Shown here one piece after another: positions 20,765 through 29,574 of a stretch of 64,000 bases of DNA. The stretch is from NCBI GenBank assembly GCA_965198175.1, contig OZ240245.1, positions 4,640,001 through 4,704,000 of the forward strand. The letters run 5' to 3'. The notes under the pieces were generated by a model that saw only the letters and a list, made by a program, of their open reading frames with translations, was not told the DNA's origin and searched no databases. Every line of letters starts with the position of its first letter. Positions within the stretch are counted from its first letter, which is position 1. The DNA is from Candidatus Poribacteria bacterium (lineage in GTDB: Bacteria > Poribacteria > WGA-4E > PCPOR2b). The position numbers were made by a program, and so were the translations under genes.

Positions 20765-21096
20765 GACTCGCTGGGGAAGTCGGGCAAGGTCTGTAGGTCG
20801 CGCTGGCGGTCTTCCCAGTCGGGGACGTAGGCGGACATGTAACTCTTGAACAGCTTGCCGTGGTTCGGCACGAGGAGATGGACGAGTTCGTGGACAATCA
20901 CAACTTCACCCAACGCTATAGGCAGATCGATCAGGTCGGTATTGAGTGTCAATCGCCCGCTCGTCGATATCGAAGCCCACTTCCGCCGCATGTCCCGCAG
21001 ATGAATCTCCCGAACCTGCACACCGATGCGGTCCGCCCACTGTCGCACCGCACGTTTCAGATCGTCTGAATCGTTCCAGACACTTTCTTCCTTCAT
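20740..21096 (-). CDS. YgjP/DUF45 (M48-like) zinc metallo-hydrolase, short form, R-M associated
   Basis: ATGA overlap with the hsdR stop; MRRKWAS, VIVHELVHLLVPNH. Confidence 0.85.
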   Translation of the reverse strand: MKEESVWNDSDDLKRAVRQWADRIGVQVREIHLRDMRRKWASISTSGRLTLNTDLIDLPIALGEVVIVHELVHLLVPNHGKLFKSYMSAYVPDWEDRQRDLQTLPDFPSESSPLRRGS

Positions 21097-23966
21097 ATTC
21101 GTTTCAAATCTAACAACGCATTCGCTACTTGGATCCGATCGCTGGTTGTTCCAATAATTGATATTAATATACGGTAGAACTTTGCCCGCAACTGGCTCCT
21201 TTGGTGTTCGTCCCACTGATAATCGGGAAACTCGCCAAAAACACCATTCAAGGCTCGCGCCTGCTCTGCGGTAATCTTTTCCGTAACGGTCTTGAGAATC
21301 GTATAAACCGCGTAGGCATTTTCGTCCAGATCCATTTGGATGCGTTCGATAGAAGCCCGTTCAAATCCCACTGCGAGCTCCCCAAACTCAAGCAATACCT
21401 GTTGCGTCGTCAGTTGTCGATTTTCATACGCCTCTGTAATTTCCTCCGCCCGCTCCCCTATCGAGATCAGAAACGGCTTTGACCGGCTTTCGTCCGTGAC
21501 CTTCTTCTGCAATAGCTTGCGCAAGTTCAGCACCTTCATCGTATCGGACATTTTGCTTTCGTGCGCTTTTTTCAGTGTGTTTGCGTTCAATTCTTGAATC
21601 GCACACGGCAGTTCAAACCGACCACTCTCTATATGTTCCTGCAATAGTTCCCGAGTCTTGGCAGTCAACTCCTTATCGACGTAAACGCGGTCGGCATAGG
21701 CGTTACGAATGAGTCCATAGAGCGATGTCAGCGCCTGATATTCCTTTATAAACGGGCGCAGAAACGCATCCGGCGAAAGGATGTTATAGAGATTCTGCAC
21801 CCCTTTGAAGAATTTGAAAAAGGCTTCTCGGCTGTCCTTGTCCTCGAAATGCTCAATCGCCCGCTCTTTCGACTTGTCGTCCCAACCGCCGGCAAAGGGC
21901 AGATACCCCGCCGCATCGTCCCGCATCCGTTTGGCGAACGCATCCTTGAGTACGTCGAGATTTTGGATCACGCTCTCCACCACGTCCGAATCAAAGGCGA
22001 GCGCCTTTTCCAGATTCTCGAAGATACCGACATAATCCATGACGAACCCATACGGTTTGACGAGCCCGTCGTCATCCTCGTATGGTCGATTGACACGCGC
22101 AATCGCCTGCAACAGCACATGGTCGCGCATCGGTTTATCGAGGTAGATGCAGTAAAGAATCGGTGCGTCGTAGCCGGTCAACAGTTTTTGGGTCACAATC
22201 AAGATTTTCGGATGCGCGGTTTTGTCGGCGAAACTCTTGCGAATCTCTTTCTCTTGTTCATCGGTGCGGTGATACGCTTTCATGGCTTCGGAGTCTTGAT
22301 TGCGCGGCGAATAGACTGCCGCCGAATATTCCGGGGGAAGATGTCTATCGAGCGCTGTCTTGTACAACGCGCACGCCTCGCGGTCGACCGCAACCAGAAA
22401 CGCCTTGAACCCCATCGGCTCGACGTTCTCCTGAAAATGCTTCGCGACAGACGCGGCAACTCCATCGACCCGATGTGGGGCTTTCATAATCTCTTTCAAC
22501 CGAACTGCGCGGTCAAGAATCGCGTTCAGTTCCTCTAAGTCACTCACGCCCTCCGCGTCCGCGAGATTCAAGAATTCCCGCTCCAACGTTTCGCGGTCAA
22601 CTCGCAGATCGGAAGGGGCGAGCGCGTAATTCAGCGGAACTGTCGTGCCGTCTTCGATGGACTCGGCGATTGCGTATTTATCCAGATAGCCCTGCTCGTC
22701 GTCCACGCCGAACACCTTAAATGTCCCTCTCCCTTGGGATAGGTTGTCGATCGGCGTGCCAGTAAATCCGATGTAGGTCGCATTGGGAAGGGCTCCCATG
22801 AGGTAATTCCCCAAATCGCCGCCGGTCGTCCGGTGGGCTTCGTCGACCAGTACAGTCACCTCCTTGCGGGTGTTGATGTTCGCCGGTATATCGTCAAACT
22901 TATGAATCATTGACACAATCAACCCGCGATAGTCGGACGCTAAAATCTCCCGTAGGTGTTTTATGCTCTTTGCAACTTCCGGCGTGGAAATACCGTAGCC
23001 GGTGATATTGCTGAAGAGCTGGCTCTCTAATTCATTTCGGTCAACTATCATGAGCACCGTGGGCTTTTCGGTCGCCCCGCCGCGGCGCAATAAGCGGGAC
23101 GCAATGGTAATCATGGTCAAGGTCTTGCCGCTGCCCTGCGTATGCCAGATTAGCCCCCGCCGCTTGATGGGGTCGTGAACCCGCTCGATGACCTTCTCCA
23201 CAGCACGGGTCTGGTGCTGGCGCAACACCACTTTAGTGAGGGCGTCGTCCCTGCTCTGGAAAATAATCATCTCCCGTAAGGTTGTCAGGAATCGATCCCG
23301 GTCAAAGAAGGTCTTGACCTTCACCTCGTAGTTCGCGGGTTCATCGGTCTTCCAGTTGAACAAGTTTTTCCGGCTGACGTTCCACGTGACGCCATAGAAA
23401 AAGTCCAAGAGTTGTGTGACGCCGAACAGTTGTGCGGAGGTGAACATCTCCGGTGTCTCCTCGTGATAGCGGCGGACCTGCCCCACGCCTATTGCTAACC
23501 CGTCCGCCTTTCCCGCGGATTTGGTCTCTACCACTGCGACCGGAATCCCGTTGATCAGGAACACCACATCTGCGCGATTTCGGTGGACCGTCCCGCGCTG
23601 CCACCATTCATCGGTCACATGAAACCGGTTATTGTCGGGGGTATCGTAATCTATCAAGGTAACGTTCCGCTCCCGGTTTTCGTCCGGGACAAAAATTGAC
23701 CGTTCCCCGCGCAGCCACGAGAGCGCGTTCTGATTCCCCTCAAGCGTCGAGTTGAGCAGATTCAATCGCCGCATAATCTCCTTGCAGAGAGTCTCGTCCA
23801 GTATGCCCCAGTTGAGCCTCATCAGTTGGGCTTCCAGTACGTCGGCAAAGTAAAGCCCAGTGTCGCCGCGGCGCATCTGTAGCGCTTCCGATGCCGAGAT
23901 AGACTCCCAGCCAATTTCAGCGGCGTATTTGAGCATCGGGTCCTGGACAGCGGAACGTTCGGACAT
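21093..23966 (-). CDS. hsdR: type I restriction endonuclease subunit R
   Basis: RADVVFLINGIPVAVVETK nuclease motif, WHTQGSGKT, DEAHR, FTGTP, LLTGYDAP, QAIARVNR. Confidence 0.95.
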   Translation of the reverse strand: MSERSAVQDPMLKYAAEIGWESISASEALQMRRGDTGLYFADVLEAQLMRLNWGILDETLCKEIMRRLNLLNSTLEGNQNALSWLRGERSIFVPDENRERNVTLIDYDTPDNNRFHVTDEWWQRGTVHRNRADVVFLINGIPVAVVETKSAGKADGLAIGVGQVRRYHEETPEMFTSAQLFGVTQLLDFFYGVTWNVSRKNLFNWKTDEPANYEVKVKTFFDRDRFLTTLREMIIFQSRDDALTKVVLRQHQTRAVEKVIERVHDPIKRRGLIWHTQGSGKTLTMITIASRLLRRGGATEKPTVLMIVDRNELESQLFSNITGYGISTPEVAKSIKHLREILASDYRGLIVSMIHKFDDIPANINTRKEVTVLVDEAHRTTGGDLGNYLMGALPNATYIGFTGTPIDNLSQGRGTFKVFGVDDEQGYLDKYAIAESIEDGTTVPLNYALAPSDLRVDRETLEREFLNLADAEGVSDLEELNAILDRAVRLKEIMKAPHRVDGVAASVAKHFQENVEPMGFKAFLVAVDREACALYKTALDRHLPPEYSAAVYSPRNQDSEAMKAYHRTDEQEKEIRKSFADKTAHPKILIVTQKLLTGYDAPILYCIYLDKPMRDHVLLQAIARVNRPYEDDDGLVKPYGFVMDYVGIFENLEKALAFDSDVVESVIQNLDVLKDAFAKRMRDDAAGYLPFAGGWDDKSKERAIEHFEDKDSREAFFKFFKGVQNLYNILSPDAFLRPFIKEYQALTSLYGLIRNAYADRVYVDKELTAKTRELLQEHIESGRFELPCAIQELNANTLKKAHESKMSDTMKVLNLRKLLQKKVTDESRSKPFLISIGERAEEITEAYENRQLTTQQVLLEFGELAVGFERASIERIQMDLDENAYAVYTILKTVTEKITAEQARALNGVFGEFPDYQWDEHQRSQLRAKFYRILISIIGTTSDRIQVANALLDLKRI

Positions 23967-23996
23967 ATTTGTCTCCGCAAGGGTTGGCGAATGGTG

Positions 23997-24488
23997 TTAA
24001 TTGGTCTCGCCGGTAAGTTGTAACGCTTTATCAATGAGTTCCGAGCTCAGATACAAACCGTGAGCCTGCAACTCAGCAACAGGTGGCTTAATCGCATCAA
24101 TCAACCCTTTCTCCTTTGCCAATAGTAAAACCCCAATCGTTCCAGTAACCTGTAATCCCATCCGTCGGGCATGTCGCCGGGCTTTTCGCTCGTCGATAAT
24201 GACCAGACGTGCATTGTGTTCTTTAGCAAGGGCTAGAACGGATGCTTCACCGAGATTGAGTCCGGCATACGCCAAGGCGCGTTGTGGATGGGCCAAACTA
24301 ACGGTTTTTATCCAAGGGGAGCTGTCAAGCGATGCCTGACGTACGATTGGCTTGATTTCGAGAAACTCATCTTTGACCGCTGGTGGAATCCAAATTTCTG
24401 TGTAGAGTTCCCGCAAAAGAGAAAGTTGGTCAATTGACCATAGCGCAACAATCGGTGTATTATTGACGATGACTGGCTTTTCTTGCAT
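23997..24488 (-). CDS. DUF3368-type PIN-like putative toxin
   Basis: VIVNNTPIV, IPPAVKDE, LNLGEAS, IIDERKAR, GTIGVLLLAKEKGLI. Confidence 0.85.
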   Translation of the reverse strand: MQEKPVIVNNTPIVALWSIDQLSLLRELYTEIWIPPAVKDEFLEIKPIVRQASLDSSPWIKTVSLAHPQRALAYAGLNLGEASVLALAKEHNARLVIIDERKARRHARRMGLQVTGTIGVLLLAKEKGLIDAIKPPVAELQAHGLYLSSELIDKALQLTGETN

Positions 24489-24732
24489 TTTCGAGAGATT
24501 CTTCGAGCTCTTCAGGTGTTTCTCCAAAGGGCGACAGACCGTGCCTGCCAAGAAGAAATATAAACGTGTCCCGTGGCACCCCAGCAAGTTGAGCGGCGAG
24601 TCCGGTGCTGAGTTTGCCGGCTTCGTAATATTTCAACGCCAATAACAAACGGGCTTCCTTTTCAAATTCTTCCGCCTCTTTTCCGAGAGCCGACAGAATT
24701 TCAGTTGGGTATTGAATTGCTTGTGTCTCCAA
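24460..24732 (-). CDS. UPF0175-family putative antitoxin
   Basis: GGGAGG SD with TTG at 24732; ALKYYEAGKLSTGLAAQLAG; overlaps the DUF3368 gene. Confidence 0.8.
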   Translation of the reverse strand: METQAIQYPTEILSALGKEAEEFEKEARLLLALKYYEAGKLSTGLAAQLAGVPRDTFIFLLGRHGLSPFGETPEELEESLENARKASHRQ

Positions 24733-24868
24733 TTTCGTGTTCCTCCCTGAATTCGGCAATTCCAAACCAATTCGTGGTACAGTGAAAACTTGCCCGATAT
24801 CCACACATCCAGCATCCTGTGGAACAATTCGTGGTTTTCCAGTCAAAATGGATAAATAAAATTTCCGT

Positions 24869-25816
24869 CTACCCCCGCACGGGCGCGTTAGCCGAAAAGC
24901 CCAGAAGATACCGCAATTGCGGCGAAAAGGTTTGCGCGATAGCCGGATCTAGGCACGATGTAAAATCGGTAAACGGCTTAAGCCATGAGCGAGAGTAATA
25001 GCAGAGGATTGCCCGCCGGGGATTGTCGGTCGCGTTGGGTCCCGAGCGGTGCCATGTATTTGAGAGCCAGATAGCGACCGAGCCGGCAGGTCCAGTCAGT
25101 ATCTTCCCGTTTTCCTGCTGTCCGCCCCATACGGGCTTTCTGCGAGTGCGATGGCTGTCAGGCACAACCTGGGTTGCCCCGTTCAGCGTTGTGAACGCAT
25201 CTAGCATCCAGGCATTCTGAATGGTCAGTGGGAAGTCCGGCAGCGGCTCCGGCAACTGACCGAGCGGCACGTCCACATGCCATGCCCCGCCTTCGTCGGT
25301 GTGCGCCCCGATACTAGTCGCGCTGCAGTCAGCGAGCACGCAATCGCCACCGAGAATCGCCCGCGCCAACGAATGCACCACCGAATGCTCTATCAGTTTT
25401 CCGAAATCCGGGGCTTTGTTGACTAAGTTCCAGATACGCTGCGACTGATCATAATCAAACAAGGTCGGCAGGTGAAGGAAATTCTTAACCACCTCGGAAG
25501 GTGAAACGGGCCACGGCGTGCCGCGATTTTGTGCACGTGTATGGCGGATTCGCCGCATGAGTCGAGCCAGTTCCGCTTCGCTGATTCGGTAGCTTTCGTT
25601 CAGATACGCTTCGATTTCGGCATCTCCCGGCAATGTAGGTCCATCTTCCGGCTCGAAGGGATCACGCCGTTCTCGTTCAAAGAGTTCCGCCGCAAGACTT
25701 CGGTAATGCCGGATTTCATCCTCGCTGAGTACGCCTTCAATTACGGCGTATCCGTGTTCAGAAAGCTGCGTGAGCGCCGATTTCAGGTCGCCGCTTGAGA
25801 CTCCATAAGTTCCCAT
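24869..25816 (-). CDS. phytanoyl-CoA dioxygenase (PhyH) family Fe/2OG enzyme
   Basis: GYAVIEGVLS, WHVD (HxD), NGATQVVPDSH, WHRSGPN...RRA. Confidence 0.88.
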   Translation of the reverse strand: MGTYGVSSGDLKSALTQLSEHGYAVIEGVLSEDEIRHYRSLAAELFERERRDPFEPEDGPTLPGDAEIEAYLNESYRISEAELARLMRRIRHTRAQNRGTPWPVSPSEVVKNFLHLPTLFDYDQSQRIWNLVNKAPDFGKLIEHSVVHSLARAILGGDCVLADCSATSIGAHTDEGGAWHVDVPLGQLPEPLPDFPLTIQNAWMLDAFTTLNGATQVVPDSHRTRRKPVWGGQQENGKILTGPAGSVAIWLSNTWHRSGPNATDNPRRAILCYYSRSWLKPFTDFTSCLDPAIAQTFSPQLRYLLGFSANAPVRG

Positions 25817-25878
25817 GATCTTCTTCCGATGATTTGTGTCCACGTTGTGTTGTATATATAGCCCCGGCAGAGATACCA

Positions 25879-25907
25879 ATTATACGCCAGAAGCGATTCG
25901 GTGTCAA
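25879..25907 (-). promoter_or_regulatory. consensus sigma70 promoter for phyH
   Basis: TTGACA-17nt-TATAAT exact on the minus strand. Confidence 0.75.
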
Positions 25908-25940
25908 CCTACCTCTTTTTTAGGCAGACAAAATTACAGT

Positions 25941-26403
25941 TTGTAGGTTGGGTAGAGCGGGAATGATGGAACGGGCGTAGTAATTTGTAAGTAGTTTGTA
26001 TGTTGTAATTGTTTGGTAAGTGATATGGTGTAGCGAAACCCAACGCTTTTGGGACGTTTGGGGAGGCGAGGGATAAGGTCAATACGATGACGTTTGGAAA
26101 AATGAAAAACGACAGAGTTATTGGGTAAATGGGACGGATTTTTCGTTCGGTAATCGTTTTGGTTGCCGGAGTTTTCAGAAGCGTTGGGTAGAGCGGTATC
26201 GCGGAAACATGCAACATAAGGGGGATTGGTGCCGGGGGTTGAGTGTGTTTGAAATCTGTTAGGATGTAGCGAAACCCAACGCTTTTTCTTGACTATGCTT
26301 TTGTGATGTGTTCAAACTTGTGCATTTGCTGTTTGGATCTGCCGATGAGTTCGAGACACTATAGAAACGTTGGGTTTCGCCTTCGGCTCTACCCAACCTA
26401 CAA
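25941..26403. repeat. REPIN-like composite element
   Basis: TTGTAGGTTGGGTAGAGC at the left end and its reverse complement GCTCTACCCAACCTACAA at the right end; two internal GTAGCGAAACCCAACGCTTTT copies (~26030, ~26266). Confidence 0.7.
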
Positions 26404-26443
26404 GAGCTGAAGAGTTGAGCTGCGCAATTTCGTTAATCACTTA

Positions 26444-27595
26444 TCACTTCCGCAAAAAGAACCTTAATGCTGCGTTTGGTCTCTGAACGACCCACATATT
26501 AGAAGCATCCCCTAATGCGCCGGGAGCGGAATGTTCGATGTGATAGTCTGTCATTTTGGGTTGTCCTAGATTACTCCATTCCTCTATTTCTTTGACGAAC
26601 GGTGCTACAAGCTCTCTATTCCCATATACGTCCATATACTTCTCTGGTTGCGGGACATATAGAGCAGGTAATTCTTTGTCTAACAGCACAGAGTACATCC
26701 CCGGTTTTCCCTTATATTCCCTTAGGATCTGCATTGGTCTCCCTTTTAGATGGAGCCAGAACGCACATTCTAAAGTAAACGCATTGGGAAGCAATACCTG
26801 TTCCGGCACCTCTTGCAGTAGTTGTGCTATCACTGAATCCCAAGGGGGTTCCAGCCAGTCCTCAGCAGGAGAATGGAAGTCTCCTTGCAGGTTCATGAAA
26901 CCCGCCCACTGGGTAATCCCTCCTACGTATCGGCTACCCTGACGATGCAACCGCAGAATCGGATCGCCAACACCCTGAGTCTTCAGAGGCATAACCAAGA
27001 TCCCGCCATCTGCTAATGATTCAACCCATGCGGGCGGAATATCCGGCGAACCAACTGTAACGATTATCCGATCAAAGGTTTCTCCGTGCCATCCATGCCC
27101 ACCGTCTCCCGTCATCAGATTGACATTTTTATACCCAACAACATTCAGGTGCTCCCTGGCTCTCTCCACTAAATCCGCTTGGAGATCGACCGAGTAGACG
27201 AGACTATCGTCCCCGACTCCAAACGCGATGAGCCCCGCATTCCATCCGCTTCCAGTCCCTACTTCCAAGACTTTAAGTCCGTGGGTCAATTCGAGGTCAG
27301 CCAGCATTTCAAAGATAAGACCGGGTTGGGATGCTGCGCTATGCGGGTCTTCTCGAATCATCAAGCCTTTATCGGAGTAGATTGTTTCGAGTTGTTCTGA
27401 TGTCGGTTCTGGCGATCCGATTTCAACAACTCCACCTGGTGCATCCTGATCGTAATATTGTTCAATGAAGCAGTGGCGGGGCACATGGAGTAAAGCCTGT
27501 CTCAACCAATCCAACCGAAGGCTACTCTTGCATGTTAAATTGTTTAAGAACTGTTCTATATGAACATGAATTCTTGTGTTCATGATGATCGCCAT
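26444..27595 (-). CDS. protein-L-isoaspartate O-methyltransferase-like protein with C-terminal extension
   Basis: VPRHCFI, SAASQP, VLEVGTGSGWNAGL, GDGGHG, FDRIIVT, LADGGILVMP; 383 aa. Confidence 0.82.
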   Translation of the reverse strand: MAIIMNTRIHVHIEQFLNNLTCKSSLRLDWLRQALLHVPRHCFIEQYYDQDAPGGVVEIGSPEPTSEQLETIYSDKGLMIREDPHSAASQPGLIFEMLADLELTHGLKVLEVGTGSGWNAGLIAFGVGDDSLVYSVDLQADLVERAREHLNVVGYKNVNLMTGDGGHGWHGETFDRIIVTVGSPDIPPAWVESLADGGILVMPLKTQGVGDPILRLHRQGSRYVGGITQWAGFMNLQGDFHSPAEDWLEPPWDSVIAQLLQEVPEQVLLPNAFTLECAFWLHLKGRPMQILREYKGKPGMYSVLLDKELPALYVPQPEKYMDVYGNRELVAPFVKEIEEWSNLGQPKMTDYHIEHSAPGALGDASNMWVVQRPNAALRFFLRK

Positions 27596-27709
27596 ACTAA
27601 AAAGTGAGGGAGAAACTCATCCGACCCGTCGGAAGTCCAAGGTTCAATCGACGACTGAGAACTCTTTTTCAAGGGGCATGCCAGACCTCGTACCTTGGAA
27701 TTAGCTCAT

Positions 27710-27752
27710 GTAGGTTGGGTTGAGCCAACGGCGAAATCCAACCTACAAGAAC
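27710..27752. repeat. GTAG-type REP-like palindrome
   Basis: GTAGGTTGG-GTTGAGCCAACGGCGAAAT-CCAACCTAC-AAGAAC. Confidence 0.7.
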
Positions 27753-27775
27753 TCAGGGGGTTCATAAGATTTCAC

Positions 27776-27804
27776 TTGATCTGATACCAAAGTGATGTTA
27801 CAAT
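27776..27804 (+). promoter_or_regulatory. sigma70 promoter candidate for hicB-hicA
   Basis: TTGATC-17nt-TACAAT. Confidence 0.5.
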
Positions 27805-27898
27805 CCAATTCGTCTGTTTTATCAATGGGATGATTATTTTATCGCACGAAATGGTAGAATACCACGATAAATTAAAGATTCGGAGGAGGGATTGAACC

Positions 27899-28111
27899 GT
27901 GAATCAGACGCATACCGCCCTTGTCCAGCAACGCGCGGATTGGTGGATTGGCTGGATTAAGGAAATCCCCGGCGTAAACTGCCAAGAAAGAACCTACGAC
28001 GAACTCATTGATACCCTGAGAATCACCCTTGCGGAGGCTTTAGAAATCAATCAAGAACAGGCAATTAACATGGCTGAAAGCGGGTATCAAGAAGTTGCAA
28101 TCCAAATATGA
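27899..28111 (+). CDS. hicB: HicB-family antitoxin (short form)
   Basis: GGAGGAGG SD; WWIGWIKEIPGVNCQERT. Confidence 0.85.
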   Translation: MNQTHTALVQQRADWWIGWIKEIPGVNCQERTYDELIDTLRITLAEALEINQEQAINMAESGYQEVAIQI

Positions 28112-28299
28112 AGCGACGAGAATTGATTGCTCATCTCCGCAAACACAAATGCAATCTGATTAGAGAAGGCGGCAAGCACTCGTGATGGGGAAATCCGAAT
28201 CTGAATACCAGAAGTGCAGTGCCAAGGCATAATGAGATTGACGACCGGCTTGCCAAGAAAATCTGTAAAGATTTGAGAATTCCAGATATAAACGCATAA
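28108..28299 (+). pseudogene. hicA: HicA-family toxin with in-frame stop
   Basis: MKRRELIAHLRKHKCNLIREGGKHS*WGNPNLNTRSAVPRHNEIDDRLAKKICKDLRIP; TGA at 28183-28185; ATGA overlap with hicB. Confidence 0.85.
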
Positions 28300-28362
28300 C
28301 AACCGGTCTGTTGTACCATTGTTTCGATCGATCCACCAAGACCTGACTTGCAGCTACGCCAG

Positions 28363-29574
28363 TTACGCATCAATCAGCGGCACAGAAGACCTTTTCCCGG
28401 TCATCAGTTCGTCGAGCATGGCGTGGAATAATTCGTCCAATCCGGCTGCCTCCTGTTCAAGGGCGGCGATTTTTGTATCGCAGGCTTGTACAGTTTCGGC
28501 AATGGATTGTTGTTCGGATTTGGTTGGCAAAACAGGAATAAGCAAATTCCTGAGGTCACTTCCACTAACTCCAGAAACAGCAAGCACTCGAACTATGCGG
28601 TCTATCAATCGCCTTCCACATCTACTGTTCAAAAAATAGGCATAAAATTCAGGGATGGCTGATTGCTTTAGGGAGACACGAATGAGGGAACTCGCAAAAA
28701 CTACTGATTCATTTAATGATGGTACATATTGGCATTTACCGGCACCACCGGGCTTGAAAGACCTCCGTGCAAATACTAAATCGCCTTCATGAAGTCCATA
28801 CTTTTCGAGTTCCTTATTATCTAAATCAACCCTATCCATTTTTTGAATCTTAAGTAAATCTCCTTCCCTGAAAATATCCTTCATATCTGCAATTAAAGAA
28901 CCTTTTCCGTAAAATTCTTTGGATTTGTAGATACCATTTCGAGTGCCTGAAAGCATTATCTCCTGAAATGGTAAAACCTCCCAACTCTCAGGAATCTCTC
29001 CAATCTCCGTCTGCTTGCGGGGTTCGCCCTTTGTGCCGTGTGAAAAGAGGTATTCCATCAACGCCGCTTTGCGTTCGCGCTCAAATTCAACTTCGCGTTG
29101 GCGTGCGGCTTTCGCTTCTTGGATTGTCCGTAAAACGAGGGCAATGGCGCGTTGTTCGGGGAGTGGGGGACATACTACCGAAAACTCCCGCAAATACTTA
29201 TAATGCCGATTATACCCCTTATTAGGCACTCTAAGATTCATAAGAGCGAAATAGAAAAAACGTGCGTCCAAAACATCGTCGTTTGCATAAAGAAGTTTTG
29301 TCCCATCAGCCCCCATCGCAAATGGGAAATCAACATATTTGAAAATACGAGTATGGTCTCCAAAAATCACCACTGGGAAATTATCAAATATCACAGATTC
29401 AGTTGAATCTGTCCAACCCGAAATAAATGCCGCCCCTTGATCGATTACAGGGAACTCGCCAGATTCCTGATAATCGTTTTTTTGAATGGAGCATACCTTC
29501 TTTGATTTGACCCTTTTCAAACAACCCGTAAAGGGCAACATTTTCCAACGCGCTGGCAATCTTATCTCTCTCAC
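28363..29574 (-). CDS. hsdS: type I R-M specificity subunit S
   Basis: Two TRDs with PPLPEQRAI and LPTKSEQQSI conserved regions, KQTEIGEIPESWEV linker, LDELMTGK end. Confidence 0.93.
   Translation of the reverse strand: MREIRLPARWKMLPFTGCLKRVKSKKVCSIQKNDYQESGEFPVIDQGAAFISGWTDSTESVIFDNFPVVIFGDHTRIFKYVDFPFAMGADGTKLLYANDDVLDARFFYFALMNLRVPNKGYNRHYKYLREFSVVCPPLPEQRAIALVLRTIQEAKAARQREVEFERERKAALMEYLFSHGTKGEPRKQTEIGEIPESWEVLPFQEIMLSGTRNGIYKSKEFYGKGSLIADMKDIFREGDLLKIQKMDRVDLDNKELEKYGLHEGDLVFARRSFKPGGAGKCQYVPSLNESVVFASSLIRVSLKQSAIPEFYAYFLNSRCGRRLIDRIVRVLAVSGVSGSDLRNLLIPVLPTKSEQQSIAETVQACDTKIAALEQEAAGLDELFHAMLDELMTGKRSSVPLIDA

Noticed and set aside
21097..21216. N-terminal extension of the YgjP ORF
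   Set aside because: Lies inside hsdR; the ATGA overlap at 21096 is the more plausible start
21849..22538. 229-aa plus-strand ORF
   Set aside because: Antisense shadow of hsdR with no recognisable motifs
25909..26217. 102-aa ORF
   Set aside because: Lies within the REPIN-like element; no SD or recognisable domain
28183..28185. Selenocysteine or alternative-code readthrough in hicA
   Set aside because: The position looks like Trp rather than Cys, no SECIS-like hairpin is evident, and TGA terminates many genes here
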